Shown in pieces: positions 39,717 to 51,300 of a stretch of DNA of 64,000 nucleotides (its first letter is position 1; each line of letters starts with the position of its first letter). This stretch comes from Callorhinchus milii (taxonomy: Eukaryota), in NCBI RefSeq assembly GCF_018977255.1, contig NW_024704742.1, positions 48,424,001 to 48,488,000 on the forward strand. Direction: 5' to 3'. The position numbers were made by a program, and so were the translations under genes. The notes under the pieces were generated by a model. The model was given only the letters and a program-made list of their open reading frames with translations, made no database searches and was not told where the DNA came from.

Positions 39717-40024
39717 ATAATAATGCTTGCATTTGATATAGCTCCTTTTCACACCTTCGAGACGTCTCAAAGCTCTTCACAGAATATACTGTAAAGTAAA
39801 TTAGTTGTATGTTATGTCGACAAAATGCGGCAGCCAATTGTGCACAGCAGTGTCTCACAAACAATCATGAATTGAACTGACCAATTTATTATTGTTTTTT
39901 TTCTTGAGGGATTATTATCAGGCGTGTGGAGTAAAGAAACCTACCCAAGGTTTCGCTCTGCCGGGAATCAAACCCAGGTCTCTTGCTTGCGAGGTGAGTG
40001 CTCTAACCACTGAGCTATAGGACT
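39717..40024 (-). mobile_element. tRNA-headed SINE, more diverged copy
   Basis: Head, body and tail all recognisable. Confidence 0.9.
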
Positions 40025-40034
40025 TTATTGATGT

Positions 40035-40755
40035 GATTCCTCTGATAGCTTAATGGTTAGAGCAGTTGCCTCGCAAAGCGAGAGGACCTGCGTTCAATTC
40101 TCGGGCAGGGCAAAACGGTGGGCAAGATTCCTTACTTCACACGCCTCTGTCTACCAGGCAGTAAGTAGGAACCCGGTTGTTAGTCGATTGGCGGATTGCT
40201 TTTTCGGGGATAATAATCTTTCCAAAAAAAACCAATAATAATAATTCAGTCACTCAATCCACGACTATTTATCGGACACTACTATGCGAGACACTACGAG
40301 TCCTGTAGCTCAGTGGTTAGAGCACTCGCTTTGCAAGTGAGAGACCTGAGTTCAATTCCAGGCAGAGCGAAACCTTGGGCAAGTTTCCTTACTCCACACA
40401 GAGCCTAATAATAATCCCTCCAAAACCAAAAACAATAATAAATTGGTCATTTTCGATCTACAACTGTTTGTGGGACATTGCTGTGCGCAATTGGCTGCCG
40501 CGTTCGCCCACAAATATACAGTCAATTCACTTTACAGTGTGTTCTGTGAAGCGCTTTGGGACGTCCTCCCGACGTGAAAAGCGCTATATCAAATGCAAGG
40601 ATTATTATTATTATTATTATGCGCAATTGTCTGCCAGGTTTTGCCTACAAAAGACAGTCAAGTCACTTTGCATTCTGTAAATTCTGCGAACCGCTTTGAG
40701 ACGTCTTGAAGATGTGATGAGACCCTATATCGAATGCAAGGAGTATTATTATTAT
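40035..40755 (+). mobile_element. Long-variant SINE interrupted by a young short-variant SINE
   Basis: Body breaks at ...ggacactactatgcg and resumes gcgcaattgtctgcc after 40620. Confidence 0.88.
40298..40620 (+). mobile_element. Full-length young tRNA-headed SINE (nested)
   Basis: Intact A/B boxes and (TTA)n tail; TATGCG duplicated on both sides. Confidence 0.93.
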
Positions 40756-43234
40756 AGCTTGATGGCACCTACTGCAATAGCACTGACAGACCAGAAGGTT
40801 TGAGGATTGAATTGTATTCAGTGCTGAGTTCGTCAACCGTACAGTACATCACTGTACAGTGACCCTGTGAAAAAGTACACATGTGGTAACGCAAGTTCAG
40901 AGAATGATCAGGCTCAGCTATAATCTTCGCAATAGCTGGCAACACCTGATAGTATCTATGCTCATACATGAAGTATGACCACTTGGGCAAAGCAGCCCTA
41001 CCAGGGTCAGAACTCCAACAAGAGTCCTCTTTGTGGAGAAGAGAATGCATTGGCACGGCTGGGACCATAGTTCGTCTGGCTAAGGAGAGTGCTTCTTTGC
41101 CAGACACTGGCCTTATATAATTTTAATGGTGAAAATATAAAGATAAAAAGTCAAGGAAGTGGCTGTGACTCCAAACTCAGCTCATACTAAACTGAAACAA
41201 AACATAGCAGTCAAATTAACTGTAAGACACCCGAGGGAGAAACCATTCTCCCAGAGGCGGGGTGTGTGGGAGAAGGCATGTTCAGGTCCTTTATCAGACA
41301 TTAAAATCTTAAAAGTTTTCATGCAGTTTCGTAACTGCAAATGTCTGTGGAGTCTGGGTCACTGTCTGCAAAGGATTTCTAAATATCCAATCCGGCTAGT
41401 AACAGATGTGTGTCACGTCAATCCCCCAGGAACTCCACTGCGATTTCCCCGGAAGGGGAGATCACATCACTTGGGAGTGGGGATGAAACGTGAAGCTCCA
41501 GGTTATTGGCAATCATGAATCCAGGTCCCGACTCTCTCATTTTAGACCCAGTCACTTCTGCATACAGACAATCAATTGTACAAACATATTGGTTGGATTG
41601 TGTACTAGTCTCGAAATGACACCAATGAAAATTAAGGAACGGAATTTCGTTTAGGAATACTGTGTAATTTGGAGACTACTATTCTATCGGCTGTAGTACA
41701 GTAGAGAGGAGAGGTGGAGGAGATTGAGGGGGGAGGAGAATACGACTGAAGCGGGAGAGGGGGAGGAGACTGAGGGAGAAAACCAAGGAAAATTGAGTGA
41801 GAGAACGGAGACAGGGTGTTTGACTGTATAATATAATTTAACTTCAATCTTACAAGAACTTGCATTTATATAGTGTCTTTCATGCATGGTAGCATCTCAG
41901 AGCAGTGTATGTTGGTGGCATTGAATAGCGAGCAAAGGAGAAGCTGAAGGTGATCAAAGGAGCAGTCAAAGAGGTAAGTCTTAAACTAGGATTTAAAGAT
42001 AAATAAAGGTTAGTGGCTGACCACAGCCACTGATGTTCCAATACAAGCGAATTGGCAGCACTGGTGGGAAGACTGCTGGGAATCATTTATGAGGATTACA
42101 GCAGAAGAGTCCATATCTCGATCAGCACGAGCATTTATTTTATTGATTATTTGCTTTCTGACAAGTTCTTCCATTAAAATTATTTTTTGGTTCACAATCT
42201 ACATCTGCAGAATATTGATTTCCAATGATTGTTTACAGTTGGATTACAGACAATCATTTCATGAAATGGGATTTAATCGTTATTTGGATAATTGAAAGAT
42301 GACCATCTGGTTCCCCACAGATTTATTTGGTGAAAGTGTAAAGGGCATAAGAATAAGAATTGTCCAAACAATCAATAATGGTCTCCCTTGAAGTAAAAAT
42401 ATTTAACCCAAAAACAATTCAGAAAGCCTTTCCTTAAAGCACTAAGTACTACTAGTTGAATGCTTTTACATCCAACAACCATTTATCATGTCAAAGTGGT
42501 TTTCATTTAATAATAATCTTATTTTTCATGCAGCCAGAGAGTGGCATTTGATTTTGGGGGGGATGTTTTGCAACCAATCCTCACTCGTGTTTAAAAACTA
42601 CTGTGCTCAAATTTCTTTTTAAAAAAAATCAAATCTACTTATCAACCCAAATGTTAATTCTACACAAAAAAATCAATTTGCTGCTTTAATACTCCGAGGA
42701 CAAATTAGCATTTTTATTTCTGTCAAAAACGTGGTGAGAATACCATAAACTGATGCCTTTTATAGGAATCTGTGGATTCAAAGTTTTTGCAAATTAATAC
42801 AAGGATTTAATTATCCTGTGCGACGCATAATTCGATTGCGAAAATCCAGCTTCTTATTAAACAAGGAAATGTGCTGCCTAATTAAAATAAAAAGCCCAAT
42901 GTGTATTTGTTCACTATTCAGCTCCTTCCAAAAGGCTGCAAGGAAATATGTGGAGCAAAGTTATAACATAGTAGTTGGGGAGAGGGGTCCATAAAATCAC
43001 ATCAAACACTATAGTAGGTCACTATAGCCAGTCAGCACGCCTGCATGTATATAGAAAGATGGCTCATCAGCGCTCCAAAACCCTGGCCATCATATGGGAA
43101 ACCAAAATGCCAACTTACAGGTCATCAGATCAATAATGTTACTTTCATGCGCACAGGAAGTGATGTCGGCAGCGACATGATAATCCTAGCTATTTTGACT
43201 TGTTGTTATTTAGAAATGCCAATAGAGCTAGCAA

Positions 43235-44282
43235 ATGGTTTTTCCTCCCGCCCTCGCCTGGTCACCTGTGGGGTACCCCAAGGCTCTATCATTGGCTCCC
43301 TTCTTTTCTTCATCTACATGCTCCCTCTCAGCGATGTCATCCGCAGACATGGGGTCAACTTCCACATGTATGCGGATGACACCCAAATCTGCTTCTCCTC
43401 CTCCAGCTGCTGATGTCCTGTCAACTTGTTTGACGGACATTAAGGTCTGGATGAGCACAAATTTCCTGCAGTTAAATATCATCAAGACAGAAGCCATACT
43501 CTTTGGATCCCATCAACATCTTCTCTCCTGCGGGTCTGAATTCCTCAACCTCCCCGGGTTCTCCCTCAGACTCTCCGAACCCATGCACAACTTAGGGGTC
43601 AGGTTCAATCCCCAGCTTTCCTTTCTACCACAAATCCATTCTCTTTCTAGCACCGCTTTTTTTCCACCTATGTCACATTGCCCACCTCCGTCCGTATCTC
43701 ACAACCGACACAGCTGAAATCCTCGTCCATGTCTTTGTCACGCCCATCTGAACTATTCAAATGCCCTCCATACTGGTCTCCCCAGTTCCACACAAAATCC
43801 AATTAATTCAAAGCTCCGCCGCCTGGACACTCACCCGCACAAAATTCTGTACCCCCATCACACCAGTCCTTGCCAGGCTCCACTGGCTTCCAATCACCAA
43901 ATCTTGATTTCAAGATCCTCTCAATCGTTTCCAAATCCCTTCATGCCCTCACACCTCCTTATCTGACCTGCTCACCCCTACTCCACCACGGGCTGCCTCC
44001 GCTCGGCTCGCTCTGGCCTCCTATTTGTCCCTCGTCCCCTCTGTTCCACCATCGGTGGCTGTGCATTCGGTCACTATGCCCGAAACTTTGGAACTCTCTT
44101 CCTCAATCCCTCCATCTTGCCGCCTTCCTTCCCACCTTCAAATCCCGCCTAAAGACCTTGCTTTTTGATCATGCTTATGATCACCTCCCCTCTCCCCCTG
44201 GCTCTTTGTCAGACTCCGCCACTGTAAAGCCCTCGGGTTTTGCTCCCCCGCATTAAGGGCACGGTATCAATGCTAATTGTTA
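43235..44282 (+). mobile_element. Degraded L2 RT-to-3' fragment
   Basis: [41 protein letters not shown] in shifting frames. Confidence 0.9.
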
Positions 44283-44607
44283 TATTTCAGGATTTTGGGG
44301 TAAGTCAATTTTAGGGGTTCATAAAGTGATACAACAAAGCGAGTTATAATAAGGATTCTACTGTGCTACAGCAAAGTGCTACAGAAAGAACATAAAACAA
44401 AAAAATGGCAAATTTATTTCCGAGCAGAACAATCGCGTAATTCAGTTCTATTAATATTATCCAAAACATGATTTTGAGCGGGTAGAGAAGGAGATAAATG
44501 GACTCACGTGGGATGAACTAAAAGATATTTTCACCACAATTGCACGCCTCAGGATACATCTATATACATCCTCTCATAAACTGAATGCAGTACCAGAAGT
44601 AAAATAA

Positions 44608-44832
44608 AATAATAATCCTTGCATTTGATATAGCACCTTATCACATCGTCAAGACGTTTCAAAGCTCTTCACAGAATATACTGTAAAGTGAATTGACTAT
44701 ATAGTGTGTGGGCAAAACGCGGCTACCAATTGCTCACAGCAGTGGCCCACAACTACTGTGGATTAGGTGACCAAATTATTTATTTATTTTGAAGGGATTA
44801 TTACCTCCAAAAAGCAATCCGCCAATTGACTA
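44608..44832 (-). mobile_element. 5'-truncated long-variant SINE
   Basis: Tail and body to aagcaatccgccaattgacta. Confidence 0.85.
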
Positions 44833-45235
44833 TTTACTGCTATTCTTAAGGAAGAAGCAGGGAAACTGGCTTAGAATAGTTGGCTCCAGTGGGAAGGCAG
44901 TACCAGCAGAGACATGATGTGCTTCCTTCTGTGCTGTAAACTCTCTATGATTTTGCCACCAAAAATCTCATAAGACAGTTTTACTTCAGCATCCTCTCTC
45001 CGTCTGCTCCTTTCTCATAATAATAATAATCCTCACGTTTGATACAGCCCTTTATCACATCATCCAGACGGCTCAAAGTGCTTCACAGGACATATTGTAA
45101 CTGACTGCATATTTTGTGGGCAAATGTTAGATTACATACTAGAGGTACAATCCACATGATCTTTTCAATTTCAGCCTCCATCTTTGGAACAGAATTACTG
45201 TCATCTACTGGAAGGGAGAATCACCTGGAGACATA

Positions 45236-47854
45236 CAACAACAACAACAACAAGATTCCATTTATAGAGCGCCTTTCACGTCAGGAGGACGTCCCAAGGC
45301 GCTGCACAGTTGGGTCATGACCCGAGCAGGGGGGAAATGGTCAGGGTGAGGGGAGGGAAGGGAGGGAGCGAGGAGGGGGGAAATGGTCAGGGTGAGGGGA
45401 GGGAAGGGAGGGAGCGAGGAGGAGGAAGAGAGTCGAGAGGGGAGCTGAAGGCACGGTCAAAGAGAAAGGTTTTGAGACCGGCCTTGAAGGAGGAAAGGGA
45501 GGAAGCAAGGCGAAGGCACTGGGGGATGGAGTTCCAGAGCCTCGGGGCTGAGAGGCTGAAGGCCCGACCACCGATAGTAGGGCGGTTGGGGCGGGGGACG
45601 TGGAGCAGACCGGAGCCAGAGGAACGGAGGGTACGGGCAGGTAGGTAGGGGGATAGTAGGTTGGAGAGGTAGGAGGGAGCAAGGCCGTGAATGGCCTTGT
45701 AGGTGAGGATGAGGATCTTGAAATCAATCCTCTGGGGGATGGGGAGCCAGTGGAGGCGAGCGAGGGTGGGAGTGATGTGGTCCCGAAGCCTGGTGCGGGA
45801 CAGTACACGAGCTGCAGAGTTCTGAATGACCTGCAGCTTGTGGAGGGAGGTGGCGGGAAGGCCGGCGAGGAGAGAGTTCCCATAGTCCAGCCTTGAGGTG
45901 ACAAAGGCGTGAACCAGGGTTTCAGCAGCGTGAGGGGTGAGGTAGTGCCGTAGTCTGGCGATGTTCCGGAGGTGATGGAAGGCGGTGCCAGTTGTGGTGC
46001 GGATGTGAGGGAGAAAGGACAGCTCAGGGTCGAACAAAACGCCGAGGTTCCTGACTGGCTTTGAGAGGTGGAGAGTGCAGCCTTGGATGCTGATGGTGTC
46101 AGCGCCTGAGGTGCGGAGGCGCTGACGTGAGCCAATCAGGAGGGCCTCGGTTTTTTGCACGTTGAGCTGAAGAAAGTTGTCTCTCGTCCAGGACTCGATG
46201 TCGGACAGGCAGGCTGTCAGGACATCGGTGGTCGTGGAGTTGAGAGTAGAGGAGGAAAGGTAGAGTTGGGTGTCATCCGCATACATGTGGAAGTTAACCC
46301 CATGTTTGCGGATGATGTCACCAAGGGGGAGCATATAGAGGGTGAAGAGGAGGGGACCGAGGACAGAGCCCTGAGGGACACCACATGAGACAGTACGGGG
46401 GGTGGAGGAGAAGCCATTCGTTGAGACGAAGTGAAGACGGTGAGAAAGGTACGACCTAAACCATTCAAGGACAGTGCCTTGAAAGTTGAGGTGGGAGGAC
46501 AAGCGGTGGAGTAGGATAGTGTGGTCGACCGTATCGAATGCTGCCGATAGGTCGAGGAGGACGAGGAGACAGAGGGAGCCCTGGTCACAGATGGTCAGGA
46601 TATCATTGGTGACCTTGACCAGGGCAGTTTCTGTGCTATGAGCAGCACGGAAACCTGACTGAAGGGGTTCAAAAAGAGAATGGGTGGAGAGGAAAGAGCG
46701 CAGTTGGGAGGCGACAACTCTTTCCAAGACCTTGGAGAGAAAGGGGAGGTTGGAGATGGGCCGGTAGCTTGATAGCTGCGACGCATCAAGGGAGGGTTTT
46801 TTCAGGGTGGGCGTGATGATGGCAGTTTTTAATGGAATGGGGACAGAGCCAGAGGAGAGGGACAGGTTTATGATGTCAGTGATGTGTGGGACAAGAAAAT
46901 GGAGCTGGGAGATAAGGAGTGGAGTGGGGATGGGGTCAAGGGAGCAGGTGGTTGGTTTTAGGGATAGGATGAGTTCAGTGACAGAGGGTGGGGAAACGGG
47001 TACGAAGGTGTGTAGGGGAGGATGGGTAGGAGTCGGAGTGTGGGAGGGAAGGGGTGGGTGGTGGGTGGAAGTTGGAGGGGAAGTGACCGCGGAGCGGATT
47101 CCCTTGATCTTGGATTCAAGGAAATCCAGCATCTCCTCGCAGTGAAGGTTGGAGGAGATGACCTGCGCGGGGTGGCGGGGGGGACGGAGGAGTCGGGATG
47201 TGGTGGAAAACAGTAGCCTGGGGTTGTTCTTCGCCTCCAGGATTATCCTGGAGTAGAAGGACGACTTGGCCGAGGCTAGAGTGGAGCGGTAAATTTTGAG
47301 GAGGTCCAGCCAGATTTGTCGGTGGACCGTTAAGCCGGATTTGACAAAGGTGCGCTCAGCAGCCCGCACCTGGCATTTCAGTGAGCGGAGGTGGGTGGTG
47401 TACCAGGGGGAGGAGCGGGAGTAGGAGACAGTGCGGGAAGTGATGGGGGCAAGAGTATTGAGTGTGGAGGAGAGGATATTGTGGAGGAGGGAGAGAGGAG
47501 AAGAGGGGTCGGTGAGGGTTGAAGGCCAGAGGGAGAGGAGTTCAGAGGACTCCAAGGCATCGGTTAGGGATTGTGGGGGTAACTTCTTCCAAGGGCGGTA
47601 GAAGATGGTGGTGGGTCTGGTGGAGGTGGGGAGGGGGGTGGAGGTGGTGAAGGAGATGAAGTAGTGGTCGGAGATGGCCTTGTCGGTAATAGTGACATCC
47701 GAGACACTGAGGCCCCGGGTGATCACCAAATCGAGTGGGTGGCCGTGACTGTGAGTGGGGGAGTTTATGTGTAGGGAAAGGTTGAGTGAGGAGAGCAGGG
47801 AAGAGAAGTCTGTGGAGATGGAGCAGGAGGGGGTGAAGTGTAGGTTAAAGTCGC
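45236..47854 (-). mobile_element. Young L2-clade LINE, 5'-truncated within the endonuclease domain
   Basis: Continuous ORF2 homology, 3' UTR with 46-nt tandem duplication, terminal hairpin and (TTG)n tail; flanked by ACATA at 45231-45235 and 47855-47859 (candidate TSD). Confidence 0.95.
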
Positions 47855-47858
47855 ACAT
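45387..47858 (-). CDS. L2 LINE ORF2 fragment: C-terminal APE endonuclease part plus complete reverse transcriptase (823 aa)
   Basis: APE motifs [23 protein letters not shown] motifs [52 protein letters not shown]2-type C-terminus [13 protein letters not shown]. No stops or frameshifts. Confidence 0.92.
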   Translation of the reverse strand: MCDFNLHFTPSCSISTDFSSLLSSLNLSLHINSPTHSHGHPLDLVITRGLSVSDVTITDKAISDHYFISFTTSTPLPTSTRPTTIFYRPWKKLPPQSLTDALESSELLSLWPSTLTDPSSPLSLLHNILSSTLNTLAPITSRTVSYSRSSPWYTTHLRSLKCQVRAAERTFVKSGLTVHRQIWLDLLKIYRSTLASAKSSFYSRIILEAKNNPRLLFSTTSRLLRPPRHPAQVISSNLHCEEMLDFLESKIKGIRSAVTSPPTSTHHPPLPSHTPTPTHPPLHTFVPVSPPSVTELILSLKPTTCSLDPIPTPLLISQLHFLVPHITDIINLSLSSGSVPIPLKTAIITPTLKKPSLDASQLSSYRPISNLPFLSKVLERVVASQLRSFLSTHSLFEPLQSGFRAAHSTETALVKVTNDILTICDQGSLCLLVLLDLSAAFDTVDHTILLHRLSSHLNFQGTVLEWFRSYLSHRLHFVSTNGFSSTPRTVSCGVPQGSVLGPLLFTLYMLPLGDIIRKHGVNFHMYADDTQLYLSSSTLNSTTTDVLTACLSDIESWTRDNFLQLNVQKTEALLIGSRQRLRTSGADTISIQGCTLHLSKPVRNLGVLFDPELSFLPHIRTTTGTAFHHLRNIARLRHYLTPHAAETLVHAFVTSRLDYGNSLLAGLPATSLHKLQVIQNSAARVLSRTRLRDHITPTLARLHWLPIPQRIDFKILILTYKAIHGLAPSYLSNLLSPYLPARTLRSSGSGLLHVPRPNRPTIGGRAFSLSAPRLWNSIPQCLRLASSLSSFKAGLKTFLFDRAFSSPLDSLPPPRSLPSLPSP

Positions 47859-48321
47859 ATTCCTTTAAGAAATGTTTGCAGTGGCCCTTGGTTTAGAGAG
47901 TGCTCTGCACTTCCATACACTGAAGTACATATGACCTTGTTGTGAGCCACAGGCTTAGTTTGCTCTTTGACTACAAGCAACCTAGAGAGCAACAACATCA
48001 TCCCAAATTATCAAACCCCAACAGAGCTGTGCAGCATGAGGCCAGGAAGGGGAGATGGCTGAGTGGCTAAGTGTGAAGGTTGCATTCCTTTCAAAGAAAA
48101 AACAGATCTGCAGGAGGTATTCAACATTCTTCCTCAGTTATTCAAACTCCACATGCGAATATGAAGAATAACCAAGTTGCATAGATATAGTTGGTGGTCG
48201 AGGCCTAATTGCGCAGTCCAGCTCAGAGCAGCGTATATGCCTTTAGATCAAGGCAAGAGCAAGATTTGGGAAGTTGTGTGGATGGATTGGATGGATTAAT
48301 TGCTGTTAGAAACTCTATTTA

Positions 48322-48345
48322 AATATATATATATATATATATATA
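48322..48345. repeat. (AT)n microsatellite
   Basis: Direct reading. Confidence 0.9.
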
Positions 48346-51300
48346 ACGTGTTACTCTAAACCTTAAATGAGTTAGGCGACAAGTTTAGAAAGAACAGATG
48401 GAAAGAATTGCCTGGCCAAAATCAATCTTTGCAGTTGATTCAGCATCTCATTGAAAGTGTCAAACCTTTACAGATAATAACCATAAAAAGTTGTAAGAAA
48501 ATGCAGCGAGTTTGTACGCAAGTTCCCAGAACAAGCCATTCATCTGAACAAATGTTGGCCAGGACACAGAGAGAAACTTACTTCTATTTTCAAACATATA
48601 TGTGGGGAGCTAGTCTCCTGATCACTTTACTAAGACTGACTGCTTCGAATTTTAAACATTTGGGATTTTATCAGACTCAGGTTATAACGTGGATTCAGGC
48701 AAACGATTTTTTGTACTATGTCCACCACCTGTGAAATGCACTAGATTGTGTTTTCAAATTAGGGTTTTGTCTGGAACAAGTTTGTTTTAAGACATCAAAG
48801 CAAATACTGGTGGTTACACATATGTCATTGGTGGTGGGAGCAATGTAAGAGCACCACACAAGTGGCACATTATACAACATTACAGTCCAGTGACCCGCAC
48901 TGTGAAGCCCATTCACACCTTTGGTGTAGCATATTGGAGATTAATACACAAAATATGCCCAACACTGAAAGCGACAGGAGAAAGGTCAAATAGTGGATAA
49001 ATATTTAGTACTATTTTCAGAGATCAGCCAAACTGCAGACGCTTTTGAATAAAATAAATGTGCTTTAAGAACTTCCCTCTTTACTTGTCAAACAAGATAT
49101 CAGATGGACGTTGTTTATTGGATTGGCCAATAAACGTGTAGCTTATTAACCCTTAATTAGAACTCAAATAAAGGTTTGCAAAACACTGTTAAACTGGCAT
49201 ACAGGAGAGAGACAGTAAACTCAGAGCAACGCCTTTGGATTGGCCGAGGCAGAAGGAGATGAAGACTCTGGTCCAGGATTGTAAAATGCTATGGAGCATA
49301 TACTTATTTGTCTGTTTACACAGAGAATAATCAAAAGCTGAAATAGGTCACCAAGAAAAGCAGTAGAGGCCAGGACTTGGACTCTTTTAAAAAACAGCTT
49401 CACCCCATCTTGGGAATACGGTGATCTTGGCATTTCGGAAGGACAAAATTAAATGGTTCCAAAAAGCCTTCTTCATTCAAGCCTACCTTATGAATCCTAG
49501 TGACAGTGCTGATCTGTGTTATAGGAAATTCCATTAACTCTAAAGTAATCTCTGATTTTTCAGAACTACCCTTTAAAGTATAGACATTAAAAATTAAAAC
49601 CAGATGCTTTGGCTGATGGCCTCCCTCACTGCTGAGTTGGTCAATCATAAGATCAGTTAGTATGGGTGTCAATGGATATCATTAGATGGTTTTCAAAGGG
49701 ATAACATGACACCAGTTTTAGTGGCTCAGCAAACAACAATTAACAACTCTGATCAAGTTTCCTCACAGACAAGCCATCTATCTGTCTCATTAAAGGGAAA
49801 CAGAAGAAGCAATTATTGTCTTCTCCAACTGAAACTCCAGTGCCTGGCTAATTTTTTTGTTGTAGTCGTGTAAATCTACCATCTCTGTGAATATCTATGG
49901 ACCCTGCAATTTGAAATTCAATGGAAAATTGCTGACCAATTCAGCCTTCATAATTACAGTAGCTTCTGAATCAGACTGGAACTGTGACTTCTGTTTGAGA
50001 AGGTACTCAATCCTGTAGCGTTAATTTCGTCCGCGCAGGTGCCCCATCTGAGTAAGTCAGTCGGGTAGAACTTGACCACACCCAGTGGATTGAGCTTGTG
50101 ACATATCTCAAATGTAGTTTCTCAGATGGAAGAAGGCTGTAGATTATAGTTATTAGATGTGGATCAAAATCCTAGAATGAAAGGATCGGTGACCTCTTGT
50201 TTCTTTCTTCCACTAAAAAAAGTTTTTAATTATACAATTCTGTGCAAAAGCTTCAAGCAAGTTAGCCAGCAGCCAGACATTAACAACAACAACAAAATTA
50301 CATTTGTAAAGCACCTTTCACGTTGGGAGCTGAACAGTTGGTGATCAGGAACTGAGCGTGGAGGACAAGGTTGGGATGAGGGAGGGCAGAGAGGTAGGAG
50401 AGCGGCTCATAGTGCTGAAGTAAAGCTCGGCACTGCCAATATCAAGAGAAGTCAAAGGACTCAAAGAAAGTGCTGTTGTGGTCATCCACACAAAGATTGC
50501 AAAAGGCTTGCTACTGCAAAGAACAGTATTTATTGTCACCAACTGCTAAATCTAGAGACTTTCCATCACAAGTCACGGGGTAGGAGGGGAAGAGGGAATA
50601 AACATACACACAGTAGATACAAATACACACATTACAGGAATGTGTAACGTGCATGGATAAGGGTTTCGCTTGCGTTGGGTGTGAAGGAGGGCTGGAGGCT
50701 CGCGATGTGGTAGAGGTGGAGGAAAGTATTCCTGATTAGGGTCCGGATGTGGTGTAGGGGATCAAACTCGACTCCCAGGTTATGCACTGCTTCAGTAAGT
50801 TTAAGACATAGGTCAGGAGGTTAAGGAGGTCGGAGCTGCAGGTCAGAAAACATTGATGGGAAGATGACTAACACACACATTTCAGATTGCTACTGTATGA
50901 ATACAATATGTGCTGCATCCAATGTACTTAAATTTTATGGCTCAAAAATTGTGATAGGGAAATGTAGAGCTTTCAAATGAAACCTTTCAAGGAAAAATTA
51001 CAACTTAAATAAAGCCCCTAAATTTCAACCCTCAACCCAATCACAGATCTAAAGCAAAAATACATTTAAACACAGAAACCATATTACATGTCTCGCACCT
51101 GCAAATTTGACACTTTTCTGCATAATCTAACCCCTGAAGCACTAGGGCTGTAATAAAACGGAATACTAATACAAGAAAATTCGCTGGGAAAGTTATTACA
51201 TACAGAAAAAACATGACAGATCACACTGTAAGGGAATGCTGCCATTAGCTTCAAAATCGATCATCTTAAACAGAGTTCACAGATTGCCTGACTATGACCA

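Noticed and set aside
45310..47560. Overlapping alternate-frame and antisense ORFs (112-264 aa) over L2 copies
   Set aside because: Shadows of C-rich L2 sequence with low stop-codon frequency; low-complexity translations.
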